This document shows, in pieces, positions 10,569 through 36,599 of a stretch of 42,879 nucleotides of DNA (position 1 is its first letter; each line of letters opens with the position of its first letter). The notes beneath the pieces are model-generated. The model made no database searches, had not been told where the DNA came from, and saw nothing but the letters and a program-made list of their open reading frames with translations. The stretch comes from Macrostomum lignano (lineage: Eukaryota). The DNA is taken from positions 1 to 42,879 of the forward strand of contig NIVC01004535.1 of NCBI GenBank assembly GCA_002269645.1, given 5' to 3'. A program made the translations under genes and the position numbers.

Positions 10569-12032
10569 ATGCCGCACCGCCGAGCCATAGTGGTCAGCTT
10601 AGCGCTCTTGGCCTTCGTCAGGGTAGCTGTGAGCGAAAGCTACGAATTCCGAGTCCTACCCGGCACTATGACCTGGTCGGAAGCTGCGGAGGGCTGCGCT
10701 CGACTGTCGCTGATTTTGGCTCCGGCAGCGGCCTCCAGGGCGGGCCTGGCCGAGGCCCGGGCCATGTTGGCTCGCGACCGCGTTACTAAGCGGCTCTGGA
10801 TTGACGGTCGACGGACGCAGCGTCAGTGCAGCTGCGACTGGGAGTTCGCTGGCGTCGGTGCTGCGACACAGGCCGCTGTATCGGAGACTTCCTCGCTCAC
10901 GCGAAACGAGTGTCTAACCTTGACAGCTCCTGACAATGTGGGGTTCGCCGACTGCTCGCACTACCAGGCCGGGGCTCTGTGTGCCGAGCCGCCTTCGACG
11001 ACCACAGCTGCTCCGTTAAGGTCGACGACGAAATCGCCGCCAGAGTCGTCATCGTCCTGGCCTGCTGGACAAAATCCTCGACAGACACCGACCGCGTCCG
11101 GCGATGGAAACGCGACTTGGCTGCCGGCGCTACTAGCGGCCCTGATCATTTGCCTGCTGCTAATAGCGGGCCTTCTAGCGATCATTGCTGGCCAGCGGTC
11201 GGCCTACCGAGCTCGGGTGAGGCACTCTCATCACCCGGCCGCGTTGTCAGGAAGTCGTCAGTTTCCGCCGCCACCGCCTGCGACGTCCCTGGCATCGGAG
11301 GGTTCCATGGCCGAGGAGGTGGCGTCGAAGAAAATTGACCTGACGGCGTCGGCCAGCTTGTCGTCAAAAATCAGCACTTTGACGTCAAGTCGATCGCGGG
11401 ACCCTATTGGATCGAGACTGGCGGCTGCCGCCGTGGCTGATTCTGCAAATTCATCTGGTCAGAATGGGAACCAAGGACGGCAGCAACATCTGCAGCAGCA
11501 GACTGCGATGAGGTGAGAGCTCAATCGGTTCAAATGTAAACTACCTTAATGTACTTTAATGTAAGTAAAGTCACAGATAATGCGCTCGTACATGTATTTT
11601 GCAGTTTTGGGTGAGACAAGACCGAGTTCTACAGAGAGCTATGGCTAGTTAATCTGATATAGTTCATATATAATGGACAGTCAAGCCTCCGTACAGACAA
11701 AACGCTCTACTCTAGGCTGTGAAGTGTTAAAGTGGCAGCGATTGTCTATGGCCGGCCCTGCTTTCCATACCGATAGGCACGGATTTCTTATTTCACGGTT
11801 TACTCAGAAGCTTCTTTACCCACTGACTGATCCTGATTACTTCAGATGTTCAGGCGCTGAAAATCACTACAAACAACAACAACAACAACAACAGCAACAG
11901 CAAGTGATTCAGAATCCAGGCATCCACCCAACTGATGAAGGTCCGTGCGAGATGGCGTCTCTCTACGACAGCGCGGGTGACCTCCTCATGTCTGAGTCAA
12001 CAACAACGGGAGCATTAGCAGCGAGACAGTGA
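10569..12032 (+). CDS. Type I membrane protein with a divergent C-type lectin-like domain, Ser/Thr/Pro stalk, TM helix and long cytoplasmic tail
   Basis: Exon 1 10569-11512 (donor AG|GTGAGA), exon 2 11846-12032 (acceptor TTACTTCAG|); phases join as ...TAMR-CSGAENHY. Signal peptide MPHRRAIVVSLALLAFVRVAVS. CTLD hallmarks: TWSEAAEGC, LWIDG, NECL, FADC, ALCAE. TM segment: WLPALLAALIICLLLIAGLLAIIAG. Confidence 0.75.
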
Positions 12033-12183
12033 AACGAGTCCTGTGAAAACTTGAATTGAATTGTATCGAAACAGTACATTGTTTTAGTTGGTAATGCTAC
12101 ATGTAAACTGTTTCACGAGCTTTGTACTCCTTCAAAACTTTACCTAATGTATGATATACGCCTTTAGTGCACCCATTACCCCT

Positions 12184-12465
12184 TTCCTACCCCTCTGGGC
12201 TGGTCGATATGCCACCAACCCACCACTCCATTCCTACCCCTCTGGGCTGGTCGATGTCCCACTAACCCACCATTCCATTCCTACCCCTCTGGGCTGGTCG
12301 ATGTCCCACTAACCCACCATTCCATTCCTACCCCTCTGGACTGGTCGATGTGCCACCACCTCATTCCTACCCCTCTGGGCTGATCGATGTGCACTAACCC
12401 ACCACCCCATTCCTACCCCTCTGGGCTGTTCGATGTGCCCCACACACCCACCACCCCCATTTCTA
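12184..12465. repeat. ~47-bp minisatellite (TTCCTACCCCTCTGGGCTGGTCGATGTCCCACTAACCCACCATTCCA), 6 diverged copies
   Basis: Unit starts at 12184, 12231, 12278, 12325, ~12364 and ~12410. Confidence 0.9.
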
Positions 12466-13064
12466 CATACCCTTCAATAGAAATTTCCTGCCGCTTAGCA
12501 CTTCCTATAACTATCTCATTCTTCCCCTTTACATGACCTTGCATTGTTTAGTTTTAAATTGAAACTTTTGAACAATATTATAATTTCGTATTTGATGACT
12601 TATGTCATAAAACCACGGTTTTTATTGCTCTATCTGTAAAAGCTGTACAGCTGATATATACTCGTAGTTATTGAATTCACGTACTCCTGGATTAATATTT
12701 CGATAGAAAAAGACACTTTTCTTCTTTTTTGCTACTCAATAAATAAAATTGCAGTTCGAAGATGGCATACAATGCCCAGCTGAAATTTCAATTCGAGCTA
12801 AAAACTCTTTTTCTGAAAAAAATGGACTGGAATCTGGATTAATACCAACGTAGATGTTTCTTTATCCATGCAATGAAGCTCTAAGTACTCTTCAATGGAC
12901 TGATGGCTTTTATCGAGAGTTTTAATACCTTAGTAGTTGTATTAAATTTTCAATAAAAGAAGACTCGAAAAATTTTCGGGTCTTTGTGACTCCAATGCAT
13001 GGGGTAAAAGTACGAGGTGAATTTTAGCATTGGCCAAATAACATTGAACACATGACTAAAGTTG

Positions 13065-13200
13065 CTGTTCTTGTTGTTGTTGTTGTTGTTTTTTGTTGTC
13101 GCTTTCTTTGCAGTTGTTGTTGTCGCTGTTGTTATTACTATTGTTGGTTTTGTTGTTGTTGATGCTCTAGTTTTTGTTGACTGCAACGTTGGTTCAAATC
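13065..13200. repeat. Degenerate (TTG)n/(CAA)n microsatellite
   Basis: Runs of GTTGTTGTT with interruptions. Confidence 0.75.
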
Positions 13201-13643
13201 ATCCGACAACCGCTGTCGTCGGTGCTGTTGCTGTTATTAAGTATGGAAGACATTTTTTGCCCAATTCATCCTTTCTTACCGCTCTATTTTCAATTTTCCG
13301 GTCCATAGAATCCCGGCTACACTATGCCCGCTTCTACAGAATGAGTCACTCGGATTGGGAGGCTTGCATTATCGTTGCCAATTTGTGTTCAATTTCTGCC
13401 AAGACTAAACTCGTTGAGTGTCGCGAGCTGCCAGGCTTTTAGAATTGTGTGTTGCATACAGTGGGCGGTGAATGGGTGTGTCACGGATGGAGGAGGCGCG
13501 ACATGACACAATTATTGCCGAGCAGCAAGATGGATGATGCGCTGATGATGGCGCATGGGAGGCTGCGATTGCGTCATCACAGAGGCGCTATAAATTCGGC
13601 GAATTTAGACGAAATTGAATTTTTTGTATTTAGAGGAACACTC

Positions 13644-14008
<365 letters not shown>

Positions 14009-14325
14009 CGTAAAACATTCTTTATATTTGCCTAAATTTATCGGTCTACTTTCTCAGTTTAATTTCTTATTTAATTTCCACGCTTTAATAGCTACTTTTA
14101 TACCCTTTTAGTAGTATCATATGCGTATTGTTTTTTCACAGAATCGACCAATCCGAAAAGTGTTCAGCAGCGACATGACTTTGAGTCTGGCAATCATTAA
14201 TTGACTTTTATAAGCCAATCAGAATGCGCCAAAATCATGCAGTGCTCATAAAAAAGAGATTTAAAAACCAATAGTTTAAGTTCAGAACTTTCTGTCTGAG
14301 TACTGAATCAACTTGTGCAGCTAAA

Positions 14326-21216
<6,891 letters not shown>

Positions 21217-21241
21217 AAGCCGATTATTACTGCTAAGTAAA

Positions 21242-21625
21242 TTAGCTAGATGCATAGCTAGATGCTTAGCTGGATGCCTAGCTAGATGCCTAGCTAGATG
21301 CTTAGCTGGATGCTTAGCTAGATGCCTAGCTAGATGCTTAGCTAGATGCTTAGCTAGATGCTTAGCTAGATGCTTAGCTAGATGCTTAGCTTGATGCTTA
21401 GCTAGATGCTTAGCTAGATGCTTAGCTGGATGCTTAGCTAGATGCTTAGCTAGATCTTAGCTAGATGCTTAGCTAGATGCTTAGCTAGATGCTTAGCTAG
21501 ATGCTTAGCTAGATGCTTAGCTAGATGCTTAGCTGGATGCTTAGCTAGATGCTTAGCTAGATCTTAGCTAGATGCTTAGCTAGATGCTTAGCTAGATGCT
21601 TAGCTAGATGCTTAGTTAGATGCTA
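21242..21625. repeat. 12-bp minisatellite (AGCTAGATGCTT)n just 3' of the SLC7 stop codon
   Basis: Direct reading, about 30 units. Confidence 0.96.
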
Positions 21626-22149
21626 AGTCATGCAATTTGCACGACCTTCGTGGGTCCATGAAAGAGTCCCAGTATGTGTAAAATTGCATCAGTTTTAATG
21701 ATTCAGTTGTCGTTCGATGCTCGTTAATGTGAGTCGTTTTTTCCAAGCGCGGGGTTGCGGGTGCTGTGCCATTTTCAAAGCGTTAATTAGGGAATAAACA
21801 TATTTTCCTTTTTTGAGAGAGCGGCACTGGAACACAAGCTCTTTCATCCGCTCTTGATTATTAAAGCAATTAGTTCTATCATGGCAATCTCAAACAAACT
21901 TTGGCATTGTAAATTTCCTATAAATTCGCTGTATTATCAGTTCCAGTAATTAGAACTATCCTACAATCAATTAGTTGTCTTTGTCGTGCGTGTTCTTCAA
22001 CATTCGTTGTGTCACGCTCGCGATCCGGGCTTTGATAGAGCCTTAATTGGCAAACTGCGCTGACTTAAGCGATAAAAGATTCTATAAAAGGGGGCTTCGG
22101 ATGCTTCGACCCCCTCCCTAGGAGCTGTAGGATTGCTCAAGCAGCAGAC

Positions 22150-29271
<7,122 letters not shown>

Positions 29272-29397
29272 CCCTGAAGTAGACCTGAGTTTCTTTTAAG
29301 CAGACGCTTCGACCGAAGCCGAGCTTACCCTGAAGTAGCTCGTATCCCAAATTCTTATTGCACTCCCGAAGTTTCATATTTTTCACTCGCATTTCAG

Positions 29398-29475
29398 ACC
29401 CAGACCATTCACCTGATGGGCGGCGACCTTGCTGACGATCCTGTACAACAGGAAGAGAACGGCACCAACGTCTGA
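29398..29475 (+). CDS. Candidate alternative last exon of NIT-GC via a GC-AG intron 29233-29397
   Basis: Donor AAG|GCAAGT (GC-AG consensus), strong acceptor TTTCATATTTTTCACTCGCATTTCAG|, in-frame TQTIHLMGGDLADDPVQQEENGTNV*. Confidence 0.5.
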   Translation, partial: TQTIHLMGGDLADDPVQQEENGTNV

Positions 29476-30644
29476 AGACTTGATAATGAATAATTTGAAT
29501 ACGAGACACTTTCAAGTATATTTGGAAAGCAAATTTAAGGCTCAGTTTCGCCCACAGATACTAAAATGACTAGTTTGGCCACTCAGGTACATTTATATTT
29601 AGTAAAACAGCTTTCTACTTTCAGTTCAGTAGCAAAGAAGAATACATAAGCTATTTTATAAAAATAAAGGCGGCTGAAATGATTTTGATAAGTTTAGAAC
29701 CCAAGCTTTCAGGCGTAAACAGCTTGCTAATTGGTTCAGCAATAATGTACATTAGCCAGTCCACTGAAATGTACATGGCAGTTCCGAGAAAGGCAATTAA
29801 AATTGGGGCGGAGCGGGGGGGGTCAGTGTGGAAAGGCGCGGTTAGAGGGTTTAAGCTGGGGGGATAAGAGCCAATAAATGAGCCTTGGCTTTAAAATACA
29901 TTAAAATGCTTCAGTTTAGCTCACTACTTAACTGAAAGTAGCTTTCACGCAAATGTGCTGAGTGGCCCATCTAGTTATTCTAGATCTTTGGTTTCGCCTG
30001 AAAAATGCATTAGCAAGATAAAAAGTTAATGTTATTTCTACAGTTTAAATTTAATAATGCAATATTTTTGGCAGGGAATTTGAGCCTTCAAAACACATTT
30101 CCAAGAATTTTTTGAAGTGAGTGAGACGAACTTTGTCCGGATTTTTCTGGAAGACAAACTAGATGTAGACATTGTTGTGGAAGTTATTTTAACTCTTTGA
30201 GACCATACTGAATAGGAATTCGATTTGTTATGGGCCTGTTCGTGTAGGAAACAGATTTTTAGCTTAAAAATTTTAGCCTACCTTCTGCAGTAATTCGTAA
30301 CTTTAGTAATTTTAGCTGTGCAAAACTGGTTTTCAATTAGATTTTGAAGTCTAAATATTATCATTATTTTGCAACCCAAGTTTATCGCACTTCACAAGCT
30401 TGTTCTGCACTTTACACTTGCTAATTAGGCTGCTCAGATCTGCCGCACTACATATATCATACATACTGAACTGACACTAAATATAATATAAATTAGTTTC
30501 ATAGTGTGCAATACAATTGATAAAAACACAATGCACACTACCGATATTATAAGCTTCAAAAGTAACTGTATTTTGCTTGTTTACGTTAATTAATTTTTCC
30601 CTAATTTACCCCATGACTTGGTGAGTACATGTACGTGGCGAATA

Positions 30645-31075
30645 TGGTAGAGTAGAGTAGTTAGCAGATACGGTAGAAAATGGGTAGCAGATGTGGTAGA
30701 GTAGAGAAGAAGGTAGCGGATCTGGTAGAGTAGAGAGTAGGTAGCGGATCTGGTAGAGTAGAGAGTAGGTAGCGGATCTGGTAGAGTAGAGAGTAGGTAG
30801 CGGATCTGGTAGAGTAGAGAGTAGGTAGCGGATCTGGTAGAGTAGAGAGTAGGTAGCGGATCTGGTAGAGTAGAGAGTAGGTAGCGGATCTGGTAGAGTA
30901 GAGAGTAGGTAGCGGATCTGGTAGAGTAGAGAGTAGGTAGCGGATCTGGTAGAGTAGAGAGTAGGTAGCGGATCTGGTAGAGTAGAGAGTAGGTAGCGGA
31001 TCTGGTAGAGTAGAGAGTAGGTAGCGGATCTGGTAGAGTAGAGAGTAGGTAGCGGAGCTGGTAGAGTGGAGGGCA
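30645..31075. repeat. 28-bp minisatellite (GGTAGCGGATCTGGTAGAGTAGAGAGTA)n between the convergent NIT-GC and PRPF38B 3' ends
   Basis: About 12 near-identical units plus degenerate flanks. Confidence 0.96.
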
Positions 31076-31616
31076 AGTAGCAGATAATGGTAGAGTACGA
31101 GCTAGGGAGTAGATAGATAGCGATTGCAGTAGATAAGTCTCAGAAGCAGACATGACAAACTAGAAAAGAGATGGATAGCAGAGTCAAGAAGGGTAAAAAT
31201 TCACAAAGTCTACAAAATTACCGTGACGGAAATCTCAATTAGTAAATATATAACATGTACTATAAGAACATTATTAAAAGTACAAGCATATATTTATTTG
31301 ACACCACAAAGCTGACTTGTTAAACGTACAAATAACGATGCATGTAAGGTATTGATTAGTTACTAAATATAGTTATGAACTGTATGCGATAGAGAAACTA
31401 TAAAGTAGCAGAATTACATATAAATTATTACTGCTTATTACTGGAATATCAGACAGTAAGACGCATACAGAGCCTCACAACAATTATATTTTAAGCACAC
31501 TGAGAGCTGCCAAAACTGCACTGAACGATAATTTGTTATTGATGTATCATTTTACTAAGGACAGCCAGAATATTACAACGGGCACGAAAAAATGCTTAAA
31601 GTTGTGCCATTGTAAA

Positions 31617-34029
31617 TCATCTATCCCGCCTGTCACGGTCTTTGTCTCGATGCCGATGATGCTCTTTGTTGCTGCTGTGCTTTCGATGCCTGTCCTCTCT
31701 ATCCCGGTCGCGATCCCGGTCTCTGTCCCGGTCCCGATCACGGTCACGGTCCCGATCACGGTCCCGATCACGGTCCCGATCATGGTCACGGCCACGATCA
31801 CGGTCTCGGTCCCGATCACGGACACGGTCCCGATCATGGTCACGGTCCCGAACACGGTCTCGATCACGTGCCCGGTCACGGTCTCGAGAATCGCACGACT
31901 TGCTGTGACGCTGCTCGCGGTCCCGATCCCGGGAATGCGATCTAAGACGGGATCTGGATCTCGATCTGCAATATTGGTGATAAACAGGGATTGATTGACC
32001 AGTATTCTCTCCTAACATCTCTCTTCACTCTCTACCTGCATCTCTCTCTTCATTCTCTACCTGCATCTCTCTATTTCATTCTCCATCTGCATCTCTCTCT
32101 CTTCATTCTCTACCTGCATCTCTCTTCATTCTCTACCTGCATCTCTCTTCATTCTCTACCTGCATCTCTCTCTTCATTCTCTACCTGCATCTCTCTCTTC
32201 ATTCTCTACCTGCATCTCTCTATTTTCATTCTCCATCTGCATCTCTCTCTCTTCATTCTCTACCTGCATCTCTCTTCATTCTCTACCTGCATCTCTCTTC
32301 ATTCTCTACCTGCATCTCTCTCTTCATTCTCTACCTGCATCTCTCTCTCTTTTCATTCTCTACCTGCATCTCTCTTCATTCTCTACCTGCATCTCTCTTC
32401 ATTCTCTACCTGCATCTCTCTTCATTCTCTACCTGCATCTCTCTCTTCATTCTCTACCTGCATCTCTCTCTCTTTTCATTCTCTACCTGCATCTCTCTCA
32501 TTCTCTACCTGCATCTCTCTTCATTCTCTACCTGCATCTCTCTTCATTCTCTACCTGCATCTCTCTCTTCATTCTCTACCTGCATCTCTCTCTCTTCATT
32601 CTCTACCTGCATCTCTCTTCATTCTCTACCTGCATCTCTCTTCATTCTCTACCTGCATCTCTCTCTTCATTCTCTACCTGCATCTCTCTCTCTTTCATTC
32701 TCTACCTGCATCTCTCTTCATTCTCTACCTGCATCTCTCTTCATTCTCTACCTGCATCTCTCTTCATTCTCTACCTGCATCTCTCTATTTTCATTCTCCA
32801 TCTGCATCTCTCTCTTTTCATTCTCTACCTGCATCTCTCTTCATTCTCTACCTGCATCTCTCTTCATTCTCTACCTGCATCTCTCTATTTTCATTCTCCA
32901 TTTGCATCTCTCTCTTTTCATTCTCTACCTGCATCTCTCTTCATTCTCTACCTGCATCTCTCTTCATTCTCTACCTGCATCTCTCTTCATTCTCTACCTG
33001 CATCTCTCTTCATTCTCTACCTGCATCTCTCTTCATTCTCTACCTGCATCTCTCTTCATTCTCTACCTGCATCTCTCTTCATTCTCTACCTGCATCTCTC
33101 TATTTTCATTCTCCATCTGCATCTCTCTCTTTTCATTCTCTACCTGCATCTCTCTTCATTCTCTACCTGCATCTCTCTTCATTCTCTACCTGCATCTCTC
33201 TATTTTCATTCTCCATTTGCATCTCTCTCTTTTCATTCTCTACCTGCATCTCTCTTCATTCTCTACCTGCATCTCTCTTCATTCTCTACCTGCATCTCTC
33301 TTCATTCTCTACCTGCATCTCTCTTCATTCTCTACCTGCATCTCTCTTCATTCTCTACCTGCATCTCTCTTCATTCTCTACCTGCATCTCTCTTCATTCT
33401 CTACCTGCATCTCTCTTCATTCTCTACCTGCATCTCTCTTCATTCTCTACCTGCATCTCTCTCTTTTCATTCTCTACCTGCATCTCTCTTCATTCTCTAC
33501 CTGCATCTCTCTCTCTCTTCATTCTCTACCTGCATCTCTCTTCATTCTCTACCTGCATCTCTCTCTTCATTCTCTACCTGCATCTCTCTCTTCATTCTCT
33601 ACCTGCATCTCTCTCTCTTCATTCTCTACCTGCATCTCTCTTCATTCTCTACCTGCATCTCTCTCCTTTCATCGCTACCTTAATCACGGATTTCTTCGCT
33701 ACCTTAACCTAAATCCCTTCTTTCGTACACCTCGGCCTATAAAAATTAGCTGCACAGAACCAGCAGGCAATCCGATTCTCGCGAACCTGTCGCTCATTTT
33801 GACAGCCGCTCGTGCGGGGCCGTCCGCCTCCCTGCCGCGCTGTCTCTGCAGCTGCGCGGCTCTGTCCTGCAGTTTAGCCCGGATGTCTTTCTCGATTGGC
33901 ACCGGGATGCGCGGGAACAGAGTGGAATACCAGTCTAGCTGGGTGAGGAACTGGCGCAGCATCTCACCGATGGTGATGAGGCAGCCGCCCCCGCCTTCAC
34001 GTCCAGCTCCTGTGGATAGGCAGAGAGAT

Positions 34030-34067
<38 letters not shown>

Positions 34068-34125
34068 GGATAGATAGATAGATAGATAGATAGATAGGTA
34101 GATAGATAGATAGGTAGATAGATAA

Positions 34126-34177
<52 letters not shown>

Positions 34178-36597
34178 GTAGATAGATAGATAGATAGATA
34201 GATAGGTAGATAGATAGATAGATAGATGGATAGATAGATAGATGGATAGATAGATAGACACAGACAGACAGACAGACAGGCAGACAGACAGACAGACAGA
34301 CAGACACACACACACACAGACAAGTAAGTATGCGTCTGTCTGCTCAGATGAGTCGAAAGGATAAAACAGCATATAAAAACACGCACCGTTATGCATTACA
34401 CAAAAGGAATAAGTAAAAACAGCAAACCGGTGCCAGTCAACTCACCAACACTCACCTCAGCGTCGTCAAAATAGGGCTCGTACCACTCCCAGAGCTCTTT
34501 GGGATCCAAGCAGTAGCGGATGTACATGAATCCCAGAGCGCGAATGAAAGGCGAGTCCGGATGGTCCAGCAGAGTCTGCAGCTGCTTTCTATTCAGCCGC
34601 AGGGTGAACAGCTTGTACAGCAGGCAGTAGGCGGTGCTCACCACGCCGCCGGCACCGACGCCTCGAACTTGGAGGCCGCCGCCGCTGGAGCCGCTTAGGC
34701 CGGTGGTTCGGCGAGTACCGCGCTCCCAGGGCTCCAGGTGGGACACCTGGGAAAGCCGGATATGGGGGTTGGAGGCGAAATCTTGTAGTTGCTTACGTGA
34801 CGGCTTATTGAAAAACAATAAAAACCGATCGGCACCTGTTAAATTGGAATGGAGACGTTCTAAATGAGATGTAGAATAGTTAGGTGTGGGATTGAATGGT
34901 AGGCTGTGAGATTGAATGGTAGGCTGGGAGATTGAATGGTAGGCTGGGAGATTGAATGGTAGGCTGTGAGATTGAATGGTAGGCTGTGATTGAAGGGTAG
35001 GCTGTGAGATTGAATGGTAGGCTGTGAGATTGAATGGTAGGCAATGAGATTAAATGGTACGCAATGAGATTGAATGGTAGGCAATGAGATTGAATGGTAG
35101 GCAATGAGATTGAATGGTAGGCTGGGAGATTGAATGGTAGGCTGTGAGATGGAATGGTAGGCTGTGAGATTGAATGGTAGGCTGTGAGATTGAATGGTAG
35201 GCTGTGAGATTGAATGGTAGGCTGTGAGATTGAATGGTAGGCTGGGAGATTGAATGGTAGGCTGGGAGATTGAATGGTAGGCTGTGAGATTGAATGGTAG
35301 GCAATGAGATTGAATGGTAGGCTGTGAGATTGAATGGTAGGCTGTGAGATTGAATGGTAGGCTGTGAGATTAAATGGTAGGCTGGGAGATTGAATGGTAG
35401 GCTGTGAGATTGAATGGTAGGCTGTGAGATTGAATGGTAGGCTGTGAGATTGAATGGTAGGCTGTGAGATTGAAGGGTAGGCTGTGAGATTGAATGGTAG
35501 GCTGTGAGATTGAATGGTAGGCAATGAGATTGAATGGTACGCAATGAGATTGAATGGTAGGCAATGAGATTGAATGGTAGGCAATGAGATTGAATGGTAG
35601 GCAATGAGATTGAATGGTAGGCTGGGAGATTGAATGGTAGGCTGTGAGATTGAATGGTAGGCTGGGAGATCGAATGGTAGGCTGTGAGATTGAAGGGTAG
35701 GCTGTGAGATTGAATGGTAGGCTGTGAGATTGAATGGTAGGCAATGAGATTGAATGGTACGCAATGAGATTGAATGGTAGGCAATGAGATTGAATGGTAG
35801 GCAATGAGATTGAATGGTAGGCAATGAGATTGAATGGTAGGCTGGGAGATTGAATGGTAGGCTGTGAGATTGAATGGTAGGCTGGGAGATCGAATGGTAG
35901 GCTGTGAGATGGAATGGTAGGCAATGAGATTGAATGGTAGGCAATGAGATTGAATGGTAGGCAATGAGATTGAATGGTAGGCAATGAGATTGAATGGTAG
36001 GCTGGGAGATCGAATGGTAGGCTGAGATTGAATGGTAGGCTGTGAGATTGAATGGTAGGCTGAAATTTAGTACTCACAAGTGTTCTGAAATGTGGCAATA
36101 TTATTTGATAATTCAACTGTCCATCGCATATTTCATTAGCCTGGACAGTTTTGTACTTATACAATTAAATTTCAAAACCTGCAAAATCTCACCCTCGATT
36201 AGATCAATGATGATTTATCCAATACCAAACAGCTCACGACCAGTGACCAGGACTGGCAAGACAGTCTCAGATATCTGCTTTGTCTGATGCAGTGAAAACT
36301 TCGTAATATATTCAAGATTGCATAACATTTTGCAGGTCAAAAGAGTCACTTAATGAGTCAGAACTCACCTTAAAGTAAATTGCGTCGACAACTTCGTGAA
36401 AAGTTTTAACCTCGGCTAGCTCATATTTAAAATATGGCGACTGTTTAATATTAGTGAGCACCATTGAGTTCAAGTTCATTGATTCTCGATTGCCCCACAG
36501 TTGTAAATTGTTTGACTTGTGATGAGCTGATGGTGACCGCCAAAACCCGTGAGGTCAGGCAGGCCAGCTGCTGCTGCTGCTGGTAAAGAGTTGTCAT
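31617..36597 (-). CDS. PRPF38B: Pre-mRNA splicing factor 38B (PRP38 domain plus RS/RD-rich tail); 5' end unresolved
   Basis: Minus-strand exons: ~36597-36369 ([46 protein letters not shown]), 34746-34456 ([10 protein letters not shown]...[23 protein letters not shown]...[14 protein letters not shown]...YFDDAE), 34009-33787 ([38 protein letters not shown]), 31965-31617 (RS/RD repeats, TGA). These motifs match my recollection of vertebrate PRPF38B. One-base frameshift in the G5 run at 33988-33992 and a frame problem at ~36525-36597. Confidence 0.92.
32010..33665. repeat. 23-27-bp minisatellite (TTCATTCTCTACCTGCATCTCTC)n, ~1.65 kb, PRPF38B last intron
   Basis: Direct reading; the (CT)n length varies between units, and larger blocks are internally duplicated. 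Confidence 0.97.
34026..34320. repeat. Compound (GATA)n-(GACA)n-(CA)n microsatellite, PRPF38B intron
   Basis: Direct reading. Confidence 0.97.
34885..36062. repeat. 20-bp minisatellite (GAGATTGAATGGTAGGCTGT)n with CAAT/CTGG variants, PRPF38B intron
   Basis: Direct reading, ~1.2 kb. Confidence 0.97.
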
Positions 36598-36599
36598 CT

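Noticed and set aside
30590-31153. 187- and 156-aa minus-strand repetitive ORFs
   Set aside because: Translation of the 28-bp minisatellite.
31533-31994. 153-aa + strand ORF rich in V/P/I/T
   Set aside because: Antisense shadow of the RD/RS-repeat exon of PRPF38B.
31991-36164. Very long ORFs (573, 379, 354, 304, 264 aa)
   Set aside because: All are translations of intronic minisatellites with stop-free units.
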